Shown here piece by piece: positions 32,371 to 39,475 of a DNA stretch of 39,475 nucleotides; the stretch's first letter is position 1; every line of letters begins with the position of its first letter. This DNA comes from Candidatus Intestinimonas pullistercoris. GTDB taxonomy: Bacteria > Bacillota > Clostridia > Oscillospirales > Oscillospiraceae. The stretch spans positions 1 to 39,475 of the forward strand of contig DWWJ01000091.1 in the NCBI GenBank assembly GCA_019119795.1. Reading direction: 5' to 3'. The notes under the pieces were generated by a model. It had not been told where the DNA came from. It did no database searches and saw only the letters and a list, made by a program, of their open reading frames with translations. The translations under genes were made by a program, and so were the position numbers.

Positions 32371-33869
32371 TGTCACAGGTATATCAGACCCGCCGGAAAA
32401 TGGAACGGGAGACGGGCGCCTCCGCCCGGGAGATGCGGCCCCAGGGGCCGGACCTCTCCCAGCTCCAGGGGGGCGCCATGCCCACGGCGGAGCAGCTGGG
32501 CCGCCGGGTGGACCTGCCCGGGGCCATCCGGGCCAAGATGGAGGCCTCCTTCGGGGCGGACCTGTCCGGGGTGGAGCTCTACGAGAGCCAGACGGTGGCC
32601 GACGCGGGGGCCCAGGCCATGACCATGGGGAACAAAATCGGCTTCGCCCCCGGCGAGCTGGACTTCGTCTCCGGCGCCGGTCAGGCCCTTTTGGGCCACG
32701 AGCTGAGCCATGTGGTGAGCCAGGCCCGGGGCGAGGTGACGGGCAGCGGCTTTCTCAATGACCACGCTCTGGAGGCCCGGGCCGACCGGGAGGGGGCCCT
32801 GGCCGCCGCCGGGGAGAGCGTCTACTCCGGGCCGGTGACCCCCATCTCCACCACCTCCACCGCCCTCTCCGCCGCCGGGCCCATGCAGGCCAAGAAGCCT
32901 GGGCGAAAGAAGGGGAAAAATGCGCCTGCCGCTAATACGCCCGCTGCCACTGCCCCAGCCACCCCGGACGAGCGGCAGTTTGTGGATCTTGAGGAATACT
33001 TCCCTGCGATCCATGCCAAACGTGATGTGCTCACGCAGGTACAAAGTGCCCGCAAACAACAGCAAAACGCCGCTCAGGCTTACGCAGTTTCCAACAATAT
33101 GATGAAGGATTCGCAGGAGATCACTTCCACCAGCGGCGGCCGCCAGTTCCTCAGCCTCTTCCGCCCAGGAGATGACAGATATAACGAGGCCCTCAGCCAG
33201 TTATGGAGACCGGATGGCGGCTTGAATACGGAGTTGTCGGAAGAGAAGATGATGGAATACTATAACACAGTCTCCTCTCCCCTCTATCAGGAGCTTATGG
33301 ATTTGGATTTGGATACGCTCGGGACTGACGAAGACAGTGTTCGATACAATTTCGCACGAAACAACGAGCTGGTGGGACGGCTGAACAGCCTGACGGATAT
33401 ACGCACCGCTATGGCCGGACATTTGACGCCCCGGGGGGAAGGAGAGGAGAAATCCGCCTATGACGCGCGCGTCAAAGATAAGAAGGAGAGTATTTTCCGG
33501 AGTGCGATGCAGACTCAGGGGCATGATGCCGCTGCTGTAACCCAAAAGTTTTCGGAGCCGGGAGGGCGGGGGAAGGCCATGCAGAAGGCTATGGGCATAC
33601 AGGGCCGTCTGGACGTTGCTTATCGCAATATGATGAGTGGTAATAATGATGTGGAACAGGGGGCGAACTTGGAGTTCGACGCGCTTCGGGGCCAGCTCCA
33701 CCCCACCGCGCTCAGTGCCCCCAGGGATTTCAGTACCTACTCTGAGGAGCAGAAAAGGAACATGAGTCGTGTCGAAAATTTTGATTATTGGACGCAGCAG
33801 CTACGAAAGAACCCGGACAGCGAATTTGTAAAAATGATGTTGAAAAACTATTCTCCCAGAAGATTTTGA
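32370..33869 (+). CDS. DUF4157 (eCIS core) effector 1 with uncharacterised C-terminal domain
   Basis: [48 protein letters not shown] and EARAD. Visibly lower-GC C-terminus after ~32900. Confidence 0.85.
   Translation: MSQVYQTRRKMERETGASAREMRPQGPDLSQLQGGAMPTAEQLGRRVDLPGAIRAKMEASFGADLSGVELYESQTVADAGAQAMTMGNKIGFAPGELDFVSGAGQALLGHELSHVVSQARGEVTGSGFLNDHALEARADREGALAAAGESVYSGPVTPISTTSTALSAAGPMQAKKPGRKKGKNAPAANTPAATAPATPDERQFVDLEEYFPAIHAKRDVLTQVQSARKQQQNAAQAYAVSNNMMKDSQEITSTSGGRQFLSLFRPGDDRYNEALSQLWRPDGGLNTELSEEKMMEYYNTVSSPLYQELMDLDLDTLGTDEDSVRYNFARNNELVGRLNSLTDIRTAMAGHLTPRGEGEEKSAYDARVKDKKESIFRSAMQTQGHDAAAVTQKFSEPGGRGKAMQKAMGIQGRLDVAYRNMMSGNNDVEQGANLEFDALRGQLHPTALSAPRDFSTYSEEQKRNMSRVENFDYWTQQLRKNPDSEFVKMMLKNYSPRRF
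32481..32899 (+). repeat. Direct repeat copy 1 (DUF4157 coding module)
   Basis: 419 bp, ungapped against 34005-34423, with about 21 mismatches by manual count (~95% identity). Confidence 0.9.
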
Positions 33870-33896
33870 TAGTTTCAGCGAGAGGGGGCCTTGTCT

Positions 33897-35261
33897 ATGC
33901 AGACGTATATAAAGCGAAGGGAGCCAGATACGAGGGGCCCTAGTCCGGAAAAGTCTAGTTCCATGAAGAACTCCATGTCCGCCATCGCCAGCGGATCAGT
34001 GCGCCCCACGCCGGAGCAGCTGGGCCGCCGGGTAGACCTGCCCGGGGCCATCCGGGCCAAGATGGAGTCGGCCTTCGGGGCGGACTTCTCCGGGGTGGAG
34101 CTCTACGAGAGCCAGACGGTGGCCGACGCGGGGGCCCAGGCCATGACCATGGGGAACAAAATCGGTTTCGCCCCCGGCCAGCTGGACTTCGCCTCCGGGG
34201 CCGGTCAGGCCCTCCTGGGCCACGAGCTGAGCCATGTGGTGAGCCAGGCCCGGGGCGAGGTGACGGGGAGCGGCTTTCTCAATGACCACGCCCTGGAGGC
34301 CCGGGCCGACCGGGAGGGGGCCCTGGCCGCCGCCGGGGAGAGTGTCTACTCTGGGCCGGTGGCACCCATCTCCACCACCTCCACAGCCCTCTCCGCTGCC
34401 GGGCCCATGCAGGCCAAGAAGCCGAAGAAAAAGGGGACAGGGTCCGGCCAGGAACTAGACCCTATTACAAAATTTTCCGGAAAGAAGGCCTTGGACAAGC
34501 GGCCGGAGGACTATGAGGAGTATCATAGGGCCCAGCTCACAAGATCGGAAGCGTGGCAGTCGGGACTCAGCGGAAGGGAAAAGAGCGCCGTTGAAGCCTA
34601 CTCAACGGGGGCCTTTGAGCAGATCAACGGGAGGTTGCGAGGGCAGGATGTCGAGCCTCCCCCGGGGTTAGACCTGGCACAGACCACGGCGGATGTCAGC
34701 GCGGCCATCCACAAATCCCACCTGGAGCACGACACCATTCTTCACCGCGGCGCCGGGGACGGTTTTATTCGGTTCCTGCTGAAAAACCAGATGGGGATTG
34801 GGAAAGAAGAGCTCCATAAGCTGGGTATCCAGAAAGACAGCATAGACGAGTTGTCGGAAAAAGAGCTCAGAAAGGTCATGATGGCTAAGGCAACGCGGAA
34901 CGCGGCCAAAGCGCAGGTATTTTCCGACCCGGCCTTCACCAGCACATCCATCAATCGGGGAGTGGCGGCTGACTTTGCCACGGACCATGGGCAAACAGGA
35001 AATCATGGGCATTTGATGGAGATCCACGCGCCCAAGGGGACGCCGGCTGCCTATATTGAGCAACTCAGTATGTATCAGCATGAACATGAGATGCTGCTGG
35101 ACAAGGGGCAGAAGTGGCGGCTTCGGGCCGTGGAGTCGATAGCGGGAGAGAAGATACCGAGTATTATTGCCGGACAGGATACGGGAAGGAAATTTGATAA
35201 AAACTCCATGAGGCTGATCCTGGAGCTGATCAACGAGGAGGAGGAGGGCCAGCGCCGCTGA
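33897..35261 (+). CDS. DUF4157 effector 2 with VIP2/C3-like (R-S-E) ADP-ribosyltransferase domain
   Basis: DUF4157 as in effector 1. ART motifs EKSAVEAYS..INGRLRG, LHRG, FTSTS, EIHAPKGTPAAYI and EHEMLL. Start 33891 (TTG) or 33897 (ATG). Confidence 0.9.
   Translation: MQTYIKRREPDTRGPSPEKSSSMKNSMSAIASGSVRPTPEQLGRRVDLPGAIRAKMESAFGADFSGVELYESQTVADAGAQAMTMGNKIGFAPGQLDFASGAGQALLGHELSHVVSQARGEVTGSGFLNDHALEARADREGALAAAGESVYSGPVAPISTTSTALSAAGPMQAKKPKKKGTGSGQELDPITKFSGKKALDKRPEDYEEYHRAQLTRSEAWQSGLSGREKSAVEAYSTGAFEQINGRLRGQDVEPPPGLDLAQTTADVSAAIHKSHLEHDTILHRGAGDGFIRFLLKNQMGIGKEELHKLGIQKDSIDELSEKELRKVMMAKATRNAAKAQVFSDPAFTSTSINRGVAADFATDHGQTGNHGHLMEIHAPKGTPAAYIEQLSMYQHEHEMLLDKGQKWRLRAVESIAGEKIPSIIAGQDTGRKFDKNSMRLILELINEEEEGQRR
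34005..34423 (+). repeat. Direct repeat copy 2 (DUF4157 coding module)
   Basis: Matches 32481-32899. Similarity ends abruptly after the codons for GPMQAKKP. Confidence 0.9.
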
Positions 35262-35286
35262 GCCCTGACTGGGAAGGAGTGTGCCA

Positions 35287-35472
35287 ATGGAACACAAGAG
35301 CCGTTTGGCGGACGACATGATGCCTGTCCGCACCGACAACCAGGACCTCCAGTGCGGGACGTGCCGGTACCTGACGCCTGAGAGCGTCCTCGCCTGTGAG
35401 AAGTACGTCAAAAAGCCAGGATATGTCCTGTATGGGACAAAGCCCTGCCCGGACTACGCGCCCAAGCCCTGA
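35287..35472 (+). CDS. Small four-cysteine protein, candidate immunity protein
   Basis: AAGGAG RBS, ATG at 35287. CGTC..CEKY..KP..CPDY. Directly after the ART toxin gene. Confidence 0.6.
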   Translation: MEHKSRLADDMMPVRTDNQDLQCGTCRYLTPESVLACEKYVKKPGYVLYGTKPCPDYAPKP

Positions 35473-35495
35473 GCCCGCCGAGAGGAGGAAACACA

Positions 35496-35984
35496 ATGGA
35501 AGGGAAGGTCTCGCCCAAGACGCTGGAGAACGGGAAGGTCCTCTGTTATCTCAAGCTGCGATTTTTGGAGGACATTGGGGATGAACAGGCTATGGCGGCG
35601 CTCCTGTCCTGCCTGCGGGATTCCAATGTCTGGGTCCCCTGCCAGGTTCGGATGGAAGCGGAGGACCTGGAGCAGTTCCAGGCGGCAAAAGCGGGGGAGA
35701 TTATCACCACCCAGGAGGAGACCCGTCTGGTGCCGGATATTCTGCGAGCGAAAGATGGTGCGCTCTACTTTCCGATGTTTTCCCAGAGAGAACAAATCCC
35801 AGAGGAATACGGGGCCCATTTTTCTCTTCTTTCCATTCCTGTCCTCCGGTGCCTATCTATGGCGCATGCGGCAGAGGATGTGGAGGGACTGGTGCTGGAT
35901 GCATTTACCCGGCCGCTGATGCTCCCCTTTCAAATCGCTGACACCTTACCGGAGCTGCCCTCCCACTTAGCGGTAGAGGAATGA
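35496..35984 (+). CDS. SseB-family (N-terminal domain) protein
   Basis: GAGGAGG RBS. LRDSNVWVPC, LVPDIL..DGALYFPMFS..QIPEEY and EGLVLDAFT. Confidence 0.7.
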   Translation: MEGKVSPKTLENGKVLCYLKLRFLEDIGDEQAMAALLSCLRDSNVWVPCQVRMEAEDLEQFQAAKAGEIITTQEETRLVPDILRAKDGALYFPMFSQREQIPEEYGAHFSLLSIPVLRCLSMAHAAEDVEGLVLDAFTRPLMLPFQIADTLPELPSHLAVEE

Positions 35985-36019
35985 ACGGCTGGTGCTATTT
36001 CGGCAGGAAATACAGATAC

Positions 36020-36086
36020 AGGCCAACCGGCTCCCGGTGTCAAAGGGCATATCACCACGCCTTTGACACTGGGAGCCGGTTGGCCT
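36020..36086. terminator. Long hairpin between convergent genes (probable bidirectional terminator)
   Basis: 27-bp arms, aggccaaccggctcccggtgtcaaagg and cctttgacactgggagccggttggcct, with one G-U mismatch and a 13-nt loop. Confidence 0.7.
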
Positions 36087-36087
36087 T

Positions 36088-36852
36088 TCAGAAGGAACTG
36101 GGAGTTTCCTGGGGGGAAGAGGGCTCCTCCGCCGGGGCCGGGCAGGGGAGAAACACAGAGGCGAGGAACTGCTCGCCGTCGGCGGTGAATTCGGCCCGCC
36201 CGCCATACTTGCGGGCGATCTCCTGGACGGTGGCCAGGCCCAGCCCGAAGCGCCCCTCCGCCTTGCTGGAGAGATAGCGGCCGTTGACGCTCCGCAGACG
36301 GGCGGTGGAGGCGTTGCCCACCACAAGCGAGAGATAGCCCTCCGTGGAGATGCAGCGGGCCCGGAGCCAGCCGCCGCCCTCCCGCTGGAGGGCCTCCAGT
36401 GCGTTTTCCAGAAGATTGCTCAGCACCAGACAGAGGTCGGGCAGGATGTCCCCCAGATCGGCGTCGATCTCCAGGCGGATATCTGCGGCGACCCCCTGGT
36501 CCTCGGCCCGCCTTTCGTAATGGCGGGCCAGGACCGTAACGGCCCAGCTGCGGCCCGGCGGGATCGGCCGCTCCAGGGTGGCGGCCAGGTCGAGGGACAG
36601 GGCCTCGGGAATTTGGGCAGAGCGCTCGATGAGGGGGAGAGAATGGCGCAGGTCATGCCGGAGCCTGTGCATATGGTCCAGCTCTGCGTTGATCTCCCTG
36701 GAACCCAGCGTCAGCAGCTTTTTTAGACGCCGGCTTTCCTGGCGCTCCATCTCCAGGCTGCGCCGGAGCCGAAGGACCCGGAAGGTCAGCCAGAGGACCC
36801 CGGCGGCCAGCAGGGCCGCAATGACACACAGTGCGATCATGGTTTGCTCCAT
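36088..36852 (-). CDS. Short AgrC-like (GHKL/HATPase_c_5) histidine kinase with a single TM
   Basis: N-terminal TM, H-box RLRHDLRH, DLCLVLSNLLENALEA, and SSK..GLGLATVQEIARKYGG. Confidence 0.85.
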   Translation of the reverse strand: MEQTMIALCVIAALLAAGVLWLTFRVLRLRRSLEMERQESRRLKKLLTLGSREINAELDHMHRLRHDLRHSLPLIERSAQIPEALSLDLAATLERPIPPGRSWAVTVLARHYERRAEDQGVAADIRLEIDADLGDILPDLCLVLSNLLENALEALQREGGGWLRARCISTEGYLSLVVGNASTARLRSVNGRYLSSKAEGRFGLGLATVQEIARKYGGRAEFTADGEQFLASVFLPCPAPAEEPSSPQETPSSF

Positions 36853-37568
36853 GCCTTGTAATAGGTCCAGTCAATAAAGGCGTTCCGGATCCGCGCCAGA
36901 TTGGAGGTGCTGATAGGCACACGCGCGCCGGTTGTCATCCGGAAATCGCTGCCCTCTATTTTCTGAATGTGGTTCATGTTCACCAAAAAGCTCCGGTGAC
37001 ACCGGAGAAAGTCCTGGCTGCTGATGGCGGCCTCCAGTGCGTCCAGCCCTTGCCGGGCAGTAATCTCTTGACGCGTGGTATAGATGTGGGACTGGTGCCC
37101 CAGGACCTCGATATAGCAAATCGAGGCCAGGGGGATCTCCTGGGTCTCCCCCTCTGAGTAGACGGACAAGCAGCGCAGGGGTTCCGGCAGGTGCGCCAGA
37201 CACCAGTCCAGAGCCTGGGCCACATCCTGCTTTTGAAAGGGCTTGACCAGATAGTCGGCGGCCTGGACCTCAAAGCTGTCCAGCCCGTGGTCCAGGCTGG
37301 TGGTGGCGAAGATGATGGCCGCGTTCACGCCGTCCCGGCGCAGCTGCCGGGCGGCGTCCATGCCGGAGAGGCCGGGCATGAAAATATCCAAAAATAAAAT
37401 TTGGAAATCCCTCTGTCGGGGACTGGCCTCCAGAAGCTCCGTGCCGCTGGAGAAAAGGCGCAGGCGGACAGGCATGCCCCGCTCCTGCGCATAGGACCGG
37501 ACCATGCGGGAGAGCGCCAGGCGCTCCTCCTCTAGGTCGTCACAGATCCCGATCACCAGGTCGTTCAA
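36837..37568 (-). CDS. LytTR-family response regulator
   Basis: IGICDD, ILFLDIFMPGLSGM, IIFATTS and YLVKP. LytTR motifs ICYIEVLGH and FLRCHRSFLVNMNHI. Confidence 0.92.
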   Translation of the reverse strand: MNDLVIGICDDLEEERLALSRMVRSYAQERGMPVRLRLFSSGTELLEASPRQRDFQILFLDIFMPGLSGMDAARQLRRDGVNAAIIFATTSLDHGLDSFEVQAADYLVKPFQKQDVAQALDWCLAHLPEPLRCLSVYSEGETQEIPLASICYIEVLGHQSHIYTTRQEITARQGLDALEAAISSQDFLRCHRSFLVNMNHIQKIEGSDFRMTTGARVPISTSNLARIRNAFIDWTYYKAWSKP

Positions 37569-38255
37569 AGTGCCTCCACCTCCTCGGCGGTCTCCGCGCC
37601 GTCTTTCCAGCGGCAGAAGCGGCGGTAGGTCTCCCCGAATGTCCGCTTGCTGGAACGGCTCAGGGGGATGACGGCGTCATCGGACATATGGCCCCCCTCA
37701 CTGTCCAGGCTGCGGACATGGAAAAGATTCACCAGAAAACTGCGCTGGCAGCGGATAAAGAGCTTTTGGGGCAGGCACTGCTCCAAAGCGGAGAGGGTCT
37801 CCCGGGCGAAAATGCACTCCTGGGAGCTGTGGAGCGTGCAGCCCCTGGGGGCTCCCTCCACCCAGAGCAGGTCGCAGAGGGGGAGGCCGAAGCGGAGCCG
37901 GTCACTCAGGACCTCCAGCCGTTTCAGCGAGCTCCACCACAAATTTGTGCAGCATCCCAGGGCCGCCTGTAATGCCTCCAGACGGACCGGCTTGGAGAGA
38001 AAGGCGACAGGATGGAGGGCATAGCTGGAGATGGCCGCCTGAGACGCGCTGGAACAGAGGATCAGCTTGTGGGCAGGGCAGGTGGGAGGGGGAGCCTCCC
38101 CGTCCAGGTCCCCAAAAAGGATGTCGTATTCCGCAGGATGCTCCGGCCGCCAGGGAGACCTCCACCGCGGCACAGACGAGCTGGGACCAGATGGAAAGCA
38201 CCCGGGCCATGGCTTCATCGTCGGCGGGGCTGCTCATATGTACGGAAAAACGCAT
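37565..38255 (-). pseudogene. Second LytTR regulator with degenerate receiver, apparently frameshifted near 38153
   Basis: The C-terminal frame has YDILFGD, SYALHPVAFLSKP and FIRCQRSFLVNL. A receiver-like N-terminus MRFSVHMSSPADDEAMARVLSIWSQLVCAAVEVS lies in another frame (ATG 38255 or GTG 38303). Confidence 0.55.
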
Positions 38256-38341
38256 AGCAAAAATTTTGTCAGGAAGGCCTTTTGACGAGACCCTGGCCGA
38301 CACGTTCTCCTTTCCGGCCGGTATATAACAGTTACCTCCTT

Positions 38342-38371
38342 ATTATAGGATTGTTTCGGTTCTCCTGTCAA
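38342..38371 (-). promoter_or_regulatory. Consensus sigmaA promoter for the LytTR/LytTR/HK operon
   Basis: On the minus strand: TTGACA (38371-38366), 18 bp spacer, TATAAT (38347-38342). Confidence 0.8.
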
Positions 38372-38408
38372 TAAGAGGAATGGGAGCGGCCTGCCCTGTA
38401 TGGGGACC

Positions 38409-38451
38409 AAAAAGCCGGGAGGCCGTCTCTGAAAGAGAGACAGCCTCCCGG
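38409..38451 (-). terminator. Rho-independent terminator of the transglutaminase gene
   Basis: Minus-strand hairpin CCGGGAGGCTGTCTCT..AGAGACGGCCTCCCGG followed by CTTTTT. Confidence 0.8.
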
Positions 38452-38567
38452 AAGTCATCTCAGGAGCAGGTCGGGAGGACACAATCCCAATCTTGGCAAA
38501 ATTAAGGTGTTCACAGGCAGGAAAATGCTCATCGGAGTATTGGTCCCGCCACCAGGCCGATGGGCTT

Positions 38568-39475
38568 TTATGCCCCCCGATCAGGCAGGTTGGCGTTGTC
38601 ATACTTGGTGCTGGTGCAGGGGTGCTCGCTCTCGTAGTCGAAGTGGTCCTGGCTCATGTAGGAATCGCTCTTCAGGAAGTAGTCATAACGGACATACCCC
38701 TCCCGGTTGGGGGTGGGATCGTCCCAGGTGGTGTCCACATGGTACCACTCCCCGTCGAGCTGGACGATATTCCAGGCATGGGAGGCGTTTGTCACCATCC
38801 CGCAGGGGATACCCGCCATGTCCATGAGCAGCTGGTAGGCCATGGCGTAGTCGGTGCAGACCCCGCAGCCCCACAGCAGGGAGAAGTAGCCGGAGTAGAC
38901 GGCGGTGGGTCTGGGCACATCGGAAGGGAAGCCGTAGGCGGTGTTGAGCACCACATAGTCGTGGAGGGCCTTGGCGATCTCATAGTCGCTCATCCCCGGC
39001 TCCACGGTCTCGTCCAGGATCTCCCAGGCCTTGACCACAATGTCCCGCTGCTGCTGGATGGACTCCGGGGTGTTGCCGTAGCCCACATAGAGGGTCTGGG
39101 CGGCCTGGCCCGCCTCCTCCAGGCACCACAGGCCGGTCACCCCGTAGTAGCCGGTGAAGGGCTCGTAGAAATTCTCCACGTTGACAATGTCCTCGGCCAG
39201 GTCCAGCAGGGCGCCGGACTCCACGCCGAAGGCGCTCACGTCGATGGCGGTCTCCATGTCCAGCAGGCTCGCCTCGATGGCCGAGCGGGCCCCTTCCAGG
39301 TCTCCGCTGCCGGCGGGTACGCCCTGGGAGGGGTCCTGGACGGTCTCTCCGCCGCCCATCTGCTTCCACAGGCAGTAGACCACGTCGGACCGGGGGCAGT
39401 CGGCCTTGGCGGTGAAGCTCAGGCCGTCGGTGAGGCCGTTGGAGCTGGCCCAGTTCACCGCGGCGGCCGACCAGT
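38568..39475 (-). CDS. SLH-anchored transglutaminase-like (Cys-His-Asp) surface protein, 5'-partial
   Basis: SLH-like NWASSNGLTDG..CPRSDVVYCLWKQ. Core motifs ALHDYVV, GVCTDYA, HAWNIVQLDGEWYHVDTTWDD and YDYFL. The frame runs off the window end. Confidence 0.85.
   Translation of the reverse strand, partial: WSAAAVNWASSNGLTDGLSFTAKADCPRSDVVYCLWKQMGGGETVQDPSQGVPAGSGDLEGARSAIEASLLDMETAIDVSAFGVESGALLDLAEDIVNVENFYEPFTGYYGVTGLWCLEEAGQAAQTLYVGYGNTPESIQQQRDIVVKAWEILDETVEPGMSDYEIAKALHDYVVLNTAYGFPSDVPRPTAVYSGYFSLLWGCGVCTDYAMAYQLLMDMAGIPCGMVTNASHAWNIVQLDGEWYHVDTTWDDPTPNREGYVRYDYFLKSDSYMSQDHFDYESEHPCTSTKYDNANLPDRGA

Noticed and set aside
35981-36277. 98-aa plus-strand ORF overlapping the SseB stop
   Set aside because: It runs through the long hairpin and antisense into the kinase gene, with no motifs.
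38568-39475. Transglutaminase-like protein as a CIS effector
   Set aside because: Opposite strand, own terminator, SLH-like anchor and no DUF4157. It looks like an ordinary surface protein outside the locus.

Overview
High-GC DNA from a monoderm Firmicute, probably Oscillospiraceae-like. That taxonomy is inferred from sigmaA-type promoters, GGAG(G) ribosome-binding sites, an SLH/transglutaminase gene and AgrC/LytTR-type regulators. Bases 1-23033 (+) are the 3' part of an Afp/PVC-type contractile injection system (CIS) operon: LysM tube initiator, split VgrG-like hub and spike, gp25, two baseplate-J-like proteins, a P2-I-like protein, a fibre, DUF4255 cap, DUF4280 spike tip and AAA+ ATPase. 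Sheath and tube genes are not in the window, and there are no capsid or packaging genes. Inside this operon is an unexplained four-gene membrane module: a pseudokinase-like protein, a 4-TM HAMP receptor with an apparently dead class III cyclase, a tail-anchored small protein, and a TM-MORN-TolC-like protein. This is my best candidate for an undescribed envelope-anchoring, export or trigger apparatus. Bases 23316-31304 form a partner-switching operon with no sigma factor: STAS, MATE fused to a degenerate HATPase, a pseudo-PP2C, a formyltransferase, DUF2156, an intact PP2C and an RsbW-like kinase. Bases 31474-35984 hold a GNAT, two DUF4157 polymorphic effectors (one unknown C-terminus, one ADP-ribosyltransferase) and two candidate immunity genes. 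The end of the window (-) carries a small histidine kinase, two LytTR genes (one apparently frameshifted) and a partial SLH-transglutaminase. All domain calls come from motif recognition by eye; no database searches were run.
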